NCBI RefSeq assembly: GCF_009914755.1
Contig: NC_060926.1
Length of the DNA stretch: 64,000 bases
From: the human T2T-CHM13v2.0 reference genome, Homo sapiens
Strand: one strand, 5' to 3'
Positions 45,929 through 58,686 of this stretch are shown piece after piece. Both the position numbers and the translations under genes were made by a program. The notes beneath the pieces are model-generated. The model was not told the DNA's origin. It did not search any database and saw only the letters and a program-made list of their open reading frames with translations. The first letter of the stretch is position 1, and each line of letters opens with the position of its first letter.

Positions 45929-48598
45929 AATTTATATGAAGTGTTTTTATAAGTAAGGACTTACTTCTGCCATTTCGTTGCTTGTTTTTCTATTCTTGTG
46001 TAATTCCTCACTTGTATACTTTCTTTCTTACTGTCTCCTTTATGGTAAAGTGGTTTTCTCTGGTTTAATGTTTTAATTCATTGCTTTTTGTTTTCAGTGC
46101 ATCTATTACAGGTTTCTGTATTTTGCTATCATGAGGTTTACAAAAAACATCTTACTGATACATTATTTTAAAAAATAACAACTTGTCTTACATCACTAAA
46201 AATAATAGAAACAAAGAAAAAGCTATAAAATCTGTACACTTTAACTCCATCCCCCCACATTTGCAATTTTTGTTATCTCCATTTACATATTTTTATATTG
46301 CCTATCTCCTATTGGGTTACAGTAGCTATTATTGTTTTGAAGATTTATCTGTCAGACTTCATACTAGAGTTATGAGTGAATTGCACACTACAATTGCAGT
46401 ATTAAAGTATTCAGTGGTTGTCTACATACTTAATTTTACCAGTGTGTTTTATACCTTCAAATATTTTCTTTTTTTTTTTTTTTTGCATTTTTGTGGTCTT
46501 TTTTTTCAGACTGAAGGACTCCTTTTAGCATTTCTTGTAAGATGTCGCTGATGGTGGTGAATTCTCTCAGCTTTTGTCTGGAAAATGCTTTATCTCTCTT
46601 TCATATTTGAAGGATAACTTTCCTGGATACAGCAATCTTGGATGGAGTTTTTTTCACCCAGCACTTTAAAATGATGTTCCATTCGCTCCTGGCGTGTATG
46701 ATTTCTTTTGAGAAGTTTCCAAATGAAATTGGAGCTCTTGTATATGTTAGTTGCTTTTTTTTTTCTCTTGCTGACTTTATCGTCTTCTCTCTGTCCTTGA
46801 CCTTGGAGAGTTTGCTTATTATTCACCTGGAGGTAGCCTTACTTGGGTTGAATATGCTTGGTGTTCTTTAAACTTCCTGTACATGAATGTTTATATCTCT
46901 CTCAAATTTTGGGAAGTTTTCTGTTATTATTTCTTTGAATAAGTTTTCCATACCTTATTCTTGTTCAGCTCTCTCTTGAACACCAATAATTCCTAGACTT
47001 CTTTTTTCTAGGTAATTTTCTATATCTTGTAGATAATCTTCATTTCTTTTTATTCTTTCATTTTCTCTTCTGATTGTATATTTTCAAATAGCTGATCTTC
47101 AAGTTTACTAATTCTTTCCTCTGCTTGATGCATTCTACTGTTGATAGGCTCTAATAAATTTTTAGTTCAGCCATGTATTTATAAGTTTCATTAAGTTTTT
47201 CTGACAAGTTTCTGAATTACTTTTCTGTGTTGGCTTAGAGATCACTGACTATCCTTAAAACTGCTATTTTGAATTCTTGCTTAGAGAGCTCTCATATCAT
47301 TATCTCATCAGGGAAAGTCACTGGTTCCTTGTTTTGTCCATTTGAGAAGGTCATAATTTCCTATTAGCTGATGTTTCATGTCTTTGCATTGAGGAATTAA
47401 TTATTTATTTCAGTCTTCTCTGTCTGGCTTTTTTTTTTTTTTTTTTTTTTAGCTGGATATGTCTGCTTAGAGATTCTTTAAATTTATCTGTTGATTTCTT
47501 TCTTTTTTATTTTCTGCTAGGTCATTGCCTCCTCTTTGGCACTAGATGGCAGTTTGATCCCAGGTTTGCCTTGGCTCTAGTAAATGATCCCAGTCCTTTC
47601 CATCCCAAATGGAGGACATTCCAAAGGGGATATCTTGGTATTGTGGGAAGGCTGGCCTATGGGTTCATGACCAGGATACCTGTGGAACATACGTAACAAC
47701 AGTTTGTTGCCAATCATTCTGATATGGCATCTCCTTTGGCTGGGTTATAGAGCAGAGTTTCCAGGGCTGGAGATGGTAGTTCCATTTCCCCCCTTTCTCT
47801 CTGCCTGTCCTCAGAAATATGTCTCCCTTCAGACACTCATGATGCTTCCCATGGGTTGAGGCAGGAACAGGTCTCCTTCCAGGAAACTGATATGGTTTGG
47901 ACCTGTGCCCCACCCAAATCTCATGTTCAATTGTAATCCCCAGTTGGAGGTGGGGCCTGGTGGGAGGTGATTGGATCATGGGGGCTGTTTCTAATGGCTT
48001 AGCACCATCCCCTTAGTGCTTTTCTCATGATAGAGTTTTCATAAAATCTTATTTAAAAGTGTGTAGCAGCTTCCTCCTTTCTGTCTTCCTTGTTGCTCTG
48101 GCCATGTAAGATGTGCTTACTTCCTCTTTGCCTTCTACTATGTACGTTTCCTGAGGTCTCCCTAGCCATGCTTCCTTTATAGCCTGTGGAACTGTGAGCC
48201 AATTAAACCTCTTTACTTTATAAATTACCGACTCTTGGGTATTTCTTTATAGTGGTGTGAGAATGGACTAATATAGGAATCTAAGATGGTGAGGAAGCTG
48301 ATTGTCTACCTCTATCTCACTTTTTCTAGTGTATACATTACAAGTTAGAAATTTTTTGGGTGCTTGGTGCTGGGCAGACTGAGGGGATGGGTGTTGCAGA
48401 TATGGAAGTCCAATTCTCTTACCATCTGCTTTGAGTTTTTTCACTTCTCTCTGGCCCTGGGAACTGTCCCATTCTCATATTTGAGTTCTTTGATATTGCT
48501 GGTGATAATCTCAATGCTGTGTCTGTTTTTTTATTTTTATTTTTGTTGGGGAAGTGAAGCTAGCTTGCTTCCATGCTGCTATTTTGGAATCAGAACTC
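45929..48598 (-). mobile_element. Second, different L1M element: 5'UTR, ORF1 and ORF2 start; 3' part missing
   Basis: Antisense ORF1 end and inter-ORF sequence differ clearly from the copy at 42.2-42.9 kb; 5' terminus ttccaaaatagcagcatggaagcaagctagcttcac. Confidence 0.8.
47888..48275 (+). mobile_element. MaLR solo LTR, MSTA-like, nested in the L1 5'UTR
   Basis: tgatatggtttgg start, aatggcttagcaccatcccctt MST motif, ggactaatata end. Confidence 0.9.
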
Positions 48599-48923
48599 TA
48601 CTTATGAATTTTTTATTTTAAACATACAATACCTTTTACATTTTTCTCTGTCTTATAAAATAGGTCTATATTAGTATATTTCTAGTACTAGAGATGGATT
48701 CAGTCAGATCACGTGAATTCTTTGTTTAAATTCTTCACACCAAGAAAATGAGAACTTGCAAAGTTTGATCATAGACATTTATATTACAGTAGTGTGTTTG
48801 AAGAGGAGCTGAAAGGGAAGGCAGACTTATAACAGATATTTTACAGTCAACCAAAATATTTTCCATGTTTTGTGTTGGCAGTCCCAAGGCAGCTGCAACA
48901 ATGATCCTTCACTATTAGCATGT

Positions 48924-49036
48924 TGTCTTAGTCTGTTCACTGCTGCTATAACAAAATAACTGAGATTGGGTAATTTATAAACAACAGAAATTTATTTCTC
49001 ACAGTTCTATTCTAGAGAAAACTTCAAACCATAGTA
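48924..49036 (-). mobile_element. Internally deleted MST-type LTR
   Basis: Both termini present (tgtcttagtc.., ..ttcaaaccatagta); TSD catgt/catgc. Confidence 0.75.
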
Positions 49037-49800
49037 CATGCTCTTCTGTCTGAGCAGGTAACTTAACTCATCCCCTTAAACAAATACAGTTACCAGTGCT
49101 GCCTTGGGATTCTTGTTCCCTAGCATTCCTCCCATCCAGAGCATTTATTACAGAATTTAGTAGGAGTGTGGTTTATTATTCAACCCTTAGCCCACCTTGC
49201 AAAAATTCTCTTTTCTAGTTTTCCTGATCTCTAAACTGATAGTTATTCTAGTATTTTCTTATATTAATTTTAATGCAAACTTTTTTTACACATGCAAACA
49301 GGCTAATCAGACTTTTGATTTACTGATAGTGATTTCTTTGATAATCTCAATAAGGATGTAAAAACCCCTATTATTTTCAAATTATGTTTATATTTAATAT
49401 ATTATCTATATTTTATGTATAGTGACTTCATTATAGGATATCTTCTATATATAATAAAAATTATGAAATAAAAAGTTACTTATAGTCTCTTTAACCACTA
49501 TCAACATTTTCATACAAATCCTATTATTTTTAGTGTGTATATAAAATATATATTAAATATATGCACAGACATATATGCATACAGTTATGCATATATGTGC
49601 ATATATACTATTTACAGAAAATGAATTCTATTTTTACTTTTTGGTGTAGTCTGTTGTTTCAGTTCAAAATTTTATTCAATTTTATTAGATTAACAGAGAT
49701 GTAATAATAGTTGCTTGAATTAAGAAGTTTTTTCTTTCATATAAAGAATTCCAGAGGTGGATATTTCATGCCTGAAATGATGACTCCAGAGACTTGCATG

Positions 49801-50047
<247 letters not shown>

Positions 50048-50165
50048 TAATTTTACCTCATCATCTTTTACATGTGATTGCCATTCTCTAGGTCGCAAAG
50101 GAGCTACTACAACTCCAGCCATAAAGTGGGCTTTCCAGGCTGAAAGAGCAATGGGACAAAAGGAG

Positions 50166-50300
50166 ATTAGGAGATATATCTAATGTTAAATGGCGAGTTA
50201 ATGGGTGCAGCACACCAACATGGCACATGTATACATATGTAACAAACCTGCACGTTATGCACATGTACCCTAAAACTTAAAGTATAATTTTAAAAAAAAA
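50166..50300 (+). mobile_element. Very short 5'-truncated L1PA4-like 3' end
   Basis: Perfect 15-bp TSD aaaaggagattagga (50158-50172 / 50298-50312). Confidence 0.95.
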
Positions 50301-52254
50301 AGGAGATTAGGATGGAATCCGTATATGCCTCTTTTGAAAAAGTTCTTCTGGAAGCTCATCAAACAGTATTCACTTACATGTTGTTAAAGGATTAGTCTTT
50401 TTATTTTTAACTGGCCTTTTTTCCATTCCAAGTAAAGTCAAGGTTCTTTTAGAGGGGAATAAAGGCTCATAAATCTGACAATTAGCAGTTCCTATGCCAT
50501 TTCTACTTATCATTAAATTTCCTTCTATAACACACGTTTGGCTTTATATTATACAGGTTATAGAGAAACTATTATTGAACCAAGACCCTTCCATTGGACA
50601 TTAGTTATTTCAGATTCTTCATTCCTATGAAGAGGGCTGTAATGAATACCCCCATAGTTGTATTTCTGTGTATCTAGGTTTATATCCTTAAAATCAATTT
50701 CTAGGAGTGGAATTGCTAGGTGAAAGGACATGCATCATTTTAAGACTTTTTGATGGGTATTGCCAAAAATCAGGCTTCCGATCTTTCTGTGTTTATCATT
50801 TCTTGACTTGTAATTTTGGGCAAAGCTCTGTGATTTAGGATAGTGTCCTCAGTTTTTTTTTCTGCTGCATCTATTTCCTCCTGCCATTAAAAAAATGCCT
50901 GTTGAAGTTAATGGGAAGACGAGCACAGTTTGCGATGAAATCCATTGACGTAGTGTCTAGTTTTGATTAAATATTATGAGTAAGTTATTAAATCCAAAAA
51001 GGAAAAGAGACATCTGCATTGCCACGTACATTAGCTTGGAACATAAACAAGGCTGAAGATAAGCTGGGAAATTGTTAGTGCTCCATGGAACACACTCATC
51101 ATCACTGGAGGAAAGGAAGAGATTGTTTCTTATAGCAACTAAAATAAATTTCCTGTAATTGTTAGGAGTTCATTCTATGATATACTGGGACTTGTTTTGA
51201 AAGCATAAACATTTAGCTTTTACACACACACGTGCACACACACACACAGAGTCATTAAATTTGTAGGTGCAGTTCAATACCCATAAAACATTCTCAGAGG
51301 AGCGTTTCAAAAATGTGGAGCATAAGGCTTTACAGAAAATCTCATCACACTAAGATGTGACTGTGATATGAAATTCTATTAAGATAAAACCCAAAGAGAA
51401 TGATTCCTTTTTTGTTCTTTGAAATTAATTTTTGGCTAGCATTCTGGAACAAGAGAGAGAACTGTCTCTCTTTGTGGGTGGAGATTTTTGGTATGCCACT
51501 AGTTGTGAATACAGGTGAAAGGAAATTTAAGAATCAAGAATCATTCTGAAAGATAGAGATCATCATGTAAATTAAATTAAGATAATAAATGCTTCATTGT
51601 GAAGCAAATTGAGGAAGCAAAGCAAAACAATAATCAGGCAAATAATGGCCAAAATCACGTGCACTATGTAATATCCTCAACAAGAGGCAAGCAAATAAAT
51701 ACATCAGCTAGACAGATCCAAATTTGGTGGGAGCATTGTTAAATTCTCTCTCACTTGTCTTTATCACCCTTGTTCTTTTTCTTTCCTTCTCTCATGTTAC
51801 TAAACTTATTTGGCTTGAAATGTCACAAGTACATTTGTTGGACATGTTGAATTTAATCTTACAAAGAGCTTCTCTATAACCAAGTGGTGTTTTATAATCT
51901 TATGAACATTATTTAACTTTTAGTATTATAGTATTAAATTTACTTTTCTTTATATTCCTTTTAAGAATTTCCTGATAAATGTCAATTTGAGAACATTAAA
52001 TATTTTTATAGAAAAACATATGAAACTAATTTACTTAAATTGAAAAACAAGGAAAAATAGAATATAACTAGTTAGAAAAAAGTCACTGTTTTAAATATGA
52101 TTTATTATAGGACTTTGATAGTATCCACTTTATTTTCAGTTTAGCTTACCTTGCCTACTTTACTCCCTTCCCTGCCTCTGCCATCTGAAATCAAGCTCCA
52201 CATCATCTTAGCTCCAATGATGTCAGAAGCACACGATACTATTTTATTTAACTT

Positions 52255-52378
52255 TTATTTATTTTTCCAGGCTTATTGAGGTATAATTTACAAAAAAAAT
52301 TGCATATATTTAAGGTATATGATGTGATGATTTGATGTATGTTTATATTGTAGAATGATTACTACAAGGCAGTTAGCT
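52255..52378 (-). mobile_element. L1MA/MB 3' tip
   Basis: ttattgaggtataattta..ttgcatatatttaaggtata. Confidence 0.7.
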
Positions 52379-52767
52379 CAAGTAATCTCTCCCAAGATAA
52401 ATCTGATAAGTCCAAGGTGGACTCTACAAGATTGAGCAGTACATGATTTTGTCTGCATGGAAGACCGAATAAAACCACACATTGGATAACCTACTTTTTT
52501 ACTCTTAGCTTTATTAGAAAATATTTACTACTTACAAAGAATCTTAAGGAATAATATAGTTAACACCTGTATATGCCCAACTCAGTTTTAGGAGTAAAAC
52601 ATTAATGATATAGTTGAAGCCCCACTGTGGTATATTCATAGAGTGGAACTGGAAGCAGCAGTAAAAATAAATGAATCATAGCACAGATATCAACAAGAAT
52701 AAATTTTAAAAGCATAATGTTAATGTTATTTTAAAAATCAAGCAGCAGAAAAATAGTGAAGTAGAAT

Positions 52768-53008
52768 AGTATATATATCATCTGACTATAATACATTTAA
52801 TATACCTTATACTATATATAATTTGTCATATAATATACTAAACTATATATTATATATACATGTATATATTGCATGCATTATATATGTACATTTTATACAA
52901 GTACATATTCTACATTATAGTGCTATATGTCTATAGTATACACTATATAGTGTATAGTAGTATATCACTATGGTATATTATATATATACACTATATATGT
53001 ATATATAG
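52768..53008. repeat. Degenerate (TA)n low-complexity tract
   Basis: Seen directly. Confidence 0.8.
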
Positions 53009-53463
53009 TTTAAAATTGGAGAAAAAAGTACTAAATATTACTTATGAGACACATACATAGATTAATTTTAAGAAATATCTGTCTCGTTTTTAGGCAGGTT
53101 CTTCTTTCCTTGAAGGAAAAGTAATTTTAACAGTACTAGCTAAATATGGTAATGGAATGTCAATATTTGAGTGCTCTGGGTTTTAAGAGTGCACATCAGG
53201 ACAGATCATGAATATTGAGAACTACTTAACATTTACTGCTTGCTTACCAAGTGCTAGGTATTGACGTGCTCATGTTTTCACTTTGAATTTCACAGACATG
53301 AGGAATCACAATTCTGTGACGTTTCACTCTTTGCCATTTCACCTCTCTATCCACACTTATTTCTTGAACTTTCACCCATTGCTCCTTCCTGTACCCCCTC
53401 TTTGCATTCCAACCTCACCACTTGCCTGCAGGTCTACAGTCTTGGTATCTATTCCTGAACTTA

Positions 53464-53763
<300 letters not shown>

Positions 53764-54277
53764 TCCTGAACTTACTTTTTAAAGGATGTCTATGTCCTTC
53801 ACCATAGCGCTGCTCTGAGCAGAGTTGCTTATCACCTTCTTTGGGTGAACTTATACATACCTCTACTTTAGCCCTTATCATAGTGTATTAGAATTATCTA
53901 TGCCATAGCATCTTCTCTTAGACTGACTCTTGAATGAAGGTACTCTAAAAATTTAGGTTTTACATTTATATCTATAATATATATTTATTGAATTGTTTTT
54001 CTAAGAAGGCTGGTTAGAAGTTAAAGACAAAATGTGTAGCAAAATAGAAAAAGAAGGTATTCATTTGAGGACATAGCTTGCAGCCTTTAATAACTCAAGC
54101 ACAGGGATTTGGCTGTCAGGACTTACTCACTCTCTGCTTAGATCTGAAGAGAAGGAAGGTTGAAAGGAAGGGCATACTGTAAGGAATCAACAAGTGTGTA
54201 TGCCATAAGCTCACTTCACATTATCCAATCAGCAGATGAGAGAATATGAAGAATTGGGAAGTTACTCTGTGGTATTC

Positions 54278-54654
54278 TGAGTGGCTTAAATAATATAAAT
54301 TTATCGTTTCACAGTTCTGGAAGCTAGATGTCCAAAATCAAGGTTTTGACAGAGTTGGTTCCTACTGAGGGCTTTGAGGGATAGATTTGTTCTACGTATT
54401 TCTTCTTGGCATACAGGTATCTATCTTTTCCCTGTGTTTCTTTATGTTATTTTCCCTCTGTGCATGTCTCTGTGTTCAAATTTTTTGTTTTTATAAGGAC
54501 ACTAGTCATTTTGAATAGGGGCTCACCTTAATTATCTCATTTTAATTTGTTTACCTCTGTAAAGACCCTAGTTCCAAAGAAATTCACATTCTGAGGTACT
54601 GTGGGTTAGGACTTTACATATAAATTTTACAGGAGCACAATTTAGCCCCTAACA
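54278..54654 (-). mobile_element. MaLR LTR, MLT1B-like
   Basis: tcacagttctggaagctag, ttataaggacactagtcatt, cacattctgaggtactg; ends cccctaaca. Confidence 0.85.
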
Positions 54655-54904
54655 GCTCCCAGTAGATTAGGAGATAGAGTTGTATATATGGGGTGCTCTA
54701 ACTGGCCAAGAAAAGGAAGAGGTTTATTGCATGATCCTGCTTCTTCAGGGCTGGTAGACAGTAAAAGACGCTAGGAGAGGCAGGGAGATTGAATCGTTTC
54801 TCTCCATGGTTTGGTGGGTCAGATAGTCCAAAGGACACCAAATATCAGGGCCTTATTTCATGAAGTAGCTTCTCAGGCTGACCTTGTCCAAACCTGGGAT
54901 TTAC

Positions 54905-57040
54905 ATATCCCACATTTTTTAGTCCAATTATCCCCATTGTTGGACACTTAAGTTGATTCTATATCTTAGCTGTTGAGAACAGTGCTGCAATTGCAAGTAT
55001 CTTTTTTATATAATGATTTTATTTCCTTTGGGTAGATACCCAGTAATGGGATTGCTAGATTGAATGCCAGTTCTGTTTTTAGTTCCTTGAGAAATCTCCA
55101 TACTGTTTTCCATAGAGGTTGTAGTAATCTACCTTCTCACCAACAGTATGAAAGCATTTTCTTTTGCCTGCATCCTTGCCAATATCTATTTTTTAACTTT
55201 AATAATAGCCATTCTGATGAGTGTAAGATGATATCTCGTTGTAGTTTTAATGCGCATTTTTCTGATGATAAGTGATGTTTAACTGTTTTTGATATTTTGT
55301 TGGTCCTTTTTATGTCTTCTTTTAAAAGTACCTATTCTGAGAAGGCAGGCCTCCATCTTCCCAGCGGTTCCTGTGAAGATGCTGAAGAGAGGTGCCAGTG
55401 AGGGGCAGAGAGAAAGTGGTCTGTCTCTTACCATAAGGCTAATTCTCTTTAACTGTGCGACCAGCGGAAGCAGGTGTGTGTGAACTGGGCACAGATTGAG
55501 GAATCTGTCCCTGTTGAAGTGGGTGGGCCTGATTGTTGCCCCCCAGGGTCCTAAAACTTGGATGGACTTGGATAGTGAGAGAGGAGGCCTGGACCAAGAT
55601 GTGAGTCCTGTTGAAGGCTTCCTCTCTACCCATTACCTTGGTCCCTCTCAAATACCCAGTGGAATTCCAGCTTGAAGGATTGCATCCTGCTAGGGCTGAA
55701 CATGCCTGCAAAAGACATGTCCTACCTGCGTTCCTGGCTCCCTTGTTCAGAGGCTGCCCTTCTCAAAGGCTCTGTGCCTACGCTGAGAAGGAAACAACCA
55801 TGGGAAGGAAACAAATGTGTATAAACTGCTGTTTTTACAGCAGTTTCTGGCTCAAAAAAAGGTGTCTATTCTGTCCTTTGCCCACATTTTAGTGGGTTAT
55901 TTGGGTGTTTTTTTCATTGTTGTTGTTGTTGAGTTGTTTGAGTTCCCTATAAATTCTACATACTAGTTCCCCGTTGGTTGGTTGCATAGTTTGCAAATAT
56001 TTTTTTCCATTTTGCAGGCTGGTTGTCTGTTCACTTTGCTGATTCTTTCTTTTGCTGTGCAGAAGCTTTTTAGTTTAATTGAGTCCTATTTGTCTATTTT
56101 TGTTTGTGTTGCCTGTACTTTTGAGGTCTTAGTGATAAATTCTTAGCCAAGACCAATGTCCAGAAGAATTTTCTCTAGGTTTTCTTCTAGTATTTTTATA
56201 ATTTCACCTCTTTCACTTAAGTCTTTAATCCATTTTGAGTTCTTTTTTTATATGATGAGAGATAGGGGTCTAATTTCATTCTTCTCCATATGGCAATCCC
56301 GTTTTTATAGTATCATTTATTGAAAAGGTTTTCTTTTTCTCCAGTGTATGTTTTTGTCAACTTTCTCAAAGATCAGTTAGATATGTAGCTTTATTTGTGA
56401 GTATTCCATTCTGTTCATCGATTTATGTTTCTATTTTTATATCAGTACCATGCTGTGCTATTTTGGTTACTATAGCTGTATAGTATAATTTGAGGTCAGG
56501 TAATGTGATGCCTTGAGCTTTTTTCTTTTACTTAGGATTTCTTTGACTATTTTGGCACTTCTTTGGTTCCATATGAATTAATTTTTTTCCTAATTCTTTG
56601 AAAAATGACATTGGTATTTTGACATTGAATGTATAGATTGCTTTGGGTAGTATGGTCATTTTAACAATATTAGTTATTCTGACCATGAGCATAGGATGTT
56701 TTTCCATTTGTTTGTGCCAAGTAATAAGAAATACTTATTTCTGGAGATCAAAAGGCCTCTGCCCAGTAGATTTCATTAGTCTTTCATAGTTTTCTTTGCA
56801 GGGATCTTTCACTTCCTTGGTTAAGTATACTCCTAGGCATTTTATTTATTTTTTCTGTATTTATTGTAAATGAGATAGTCTTCTTGATTTGGTTCTCAGC
56901 TTGATAGTTATTGGTGTATAAAAATGCTACTGATTTTTCTACATTGATTTTGTATTCTGAAACTTTCCTGAATTTATTTATCATCTAAGAGTTTTTTGAT
57001 TGAGTCTTTGGGGTTTTCTAGATATAAGATATCATCAGCG
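54905..57040 (-). mobile_element. L1PB-type fragment lacking its 3' tip, interrupted at 55338-55860 and 56718-56772
   Basis: Antisense ORF2 (INKFRKVSEYKINVEKSVAFLYTNN). Confidence 0.88.
55338..55860 (+). pseudogene. PHB1: 5'-truncated processed retrocopy of the distal PHB1 (prohibitin) 3'UTR; no coding sequence
   Basis: GC-rich non-repeat insert with a short A-tail and TSD aaaagtacctattctg / aaaggtgtctattctg at TT/AAAA. It matches my recollection of the PHB1 long 3'UTR end (gagaaggcaggcctcc..., ccagggtcctaaaacttggatggacttg..., ggaaacaaatgtgtataaactgctgt). Confidence 0.85.
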
Positions 57041-57868
57041 ATTAATGTACAAAGACCTTATTTAATTCTGGACCTGAATTATAGCTCATTTTCTTTTACT
57101 AGATCAGAGATTCTTCCTTTGAGGTCCATAATTTATCTTTTTTTGGTGGGGGGAATCCATGAACTTTGAAATTTATTCAAAATTGTAAGTGCTGTGATCT
57201 TTTCATGGATGAGTTTTATGCTTTCCATTAGATTCTAAAATGGGAACTTTGTTCTGTTCATCTGCATTATAATAAAAGTTCTGACTTTTCTTTCAAACAG
57301 CAGAAACATTTTTTAGTTCTGATGCTAGTACTTTTTATAATATTGTGGTGGCATTTTTAACTTATTTAAAACATTTTATATCTCAATCATCTTACTTTTT
57401 TTATTCCTGCCTACATCAAGTTCCCTTTTATCTCAGTTTGCTTTCTTATTTCATCTGTCATCTCTTATTTTATATTTTAAATTTTATTGAGAGCAAAAGT
57501 AGATCTTATTTAGAATGCACTTTTGTTTTCTGTAGTAAATCTCCTTTCCTCTAACTCTTCCTCATCCTACTGACACTAGATTAATACATCTTTTATTTTT
57601 TTTTAATATTTCAAAGGTTTGTATGTTGCTATTTATATGCTTCTCATCTGTCTGGGTCCCATTTTTGTTCAATATAATGTCTATAATTTTTCTTGAATTC
57701 CTTTATTTTTCACAGGGTGCAACTATATTTCTTCTTTTTAGTTGCAAGCAGGGTTATGTTGCATTTAACTTTCATTATTTTGTCAGGGGAGTGAGTGTAA
57801 ACCTGTGACTGAGAGTAGTTAAAATATGTGCTTAAATTTTTGTACATTCTCTATTTGAATTTAACCCC

Positions 57869-58686
57869 TGTGGTAGGCAAAATACTGTCTCCCTGCATGA
57901 TGTTCACACCCTAATCTTTGCATCTGTGAATACATTTGTTACCTGGCAAATGTCGAATTAAGGTTGCAGGTGAAATTAAAGTTGCAAATCAGCTGACCTT
58001 AAAATAGAGAGATTTTCCTGGATTATCTGGAAAGAGCTACTATAATTACAAGGTGTTTTTTTGTTTTGTTTTTTTTTTTTTTTGATGGAGTCCTGCTCTG
58101 TCACCCAGGCTGGAGTGCAGTGGTGCGATCTCGGCTCACTGCAACCTCCACTCCCAGGTTCAAGCGATTCTCCTGCCTCAGCCTCTCCCAAGTAGCTGGG
58201 ATTACAGACACCTGCCACCACGCCCAGCTAATTTTTGTATTTTTAGTAGAGACGGGGTTTCACCATGTGGGCTAGGCTGGTCTTGAATCCCCGACCTCAA
58301 GTAATCCACCTCGGCCTCCCAAAATGCTGGGATTACAGGCATAAGCCACCATGCCTGGCCATTACAAGGGTTTTTGAAGTGGAAGAAGGAGGCAAGAGAG
58401 GTGGTCAAAGTGATACTCTATAAGAAAGATTTGATGGACCATTATTGGCTTTGAAGATAGAGGAAGAGGATTAGGAGCTGAGAATTCACCTAGGAAAACC
58501 AAGGAAACAGATTCTTCCCTAGAGCCTTCACAAGGAAAATTTGCTTGGCCGGCAACACCTTAATTTTAGCCAAGTGAGACTTGTGTTAGATTTTTAACCT
58601 AGAGAACTGTTAAGACTGTAATGTGCATTATTTTAAGCCATTCAGTTTGAGGAAATCTGTTACAGTGACAATAAGAAATTAATCCA
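57869..58686 (+). mobile_element. MaLR LTR, MLT1D-like, with nested Alu
   Basis: tgtggtaggca start, aattaaggttgcag..aatcagctgacctt, ggaaacagattcttccctagagcct. Confidence 0.88.
58056..58360 (-). mobile_element. AluSx/Sz-like
   Basis: Full dimer; TSD attacaagg (58045 / 58361). Confidence 0.93.

Noticed and set aside
55289-55892. Short ORFs over the GC-rich insert
   Set aside because: They span UTR-derived and L1 sequence and show no prohibitin or other protein similarity.
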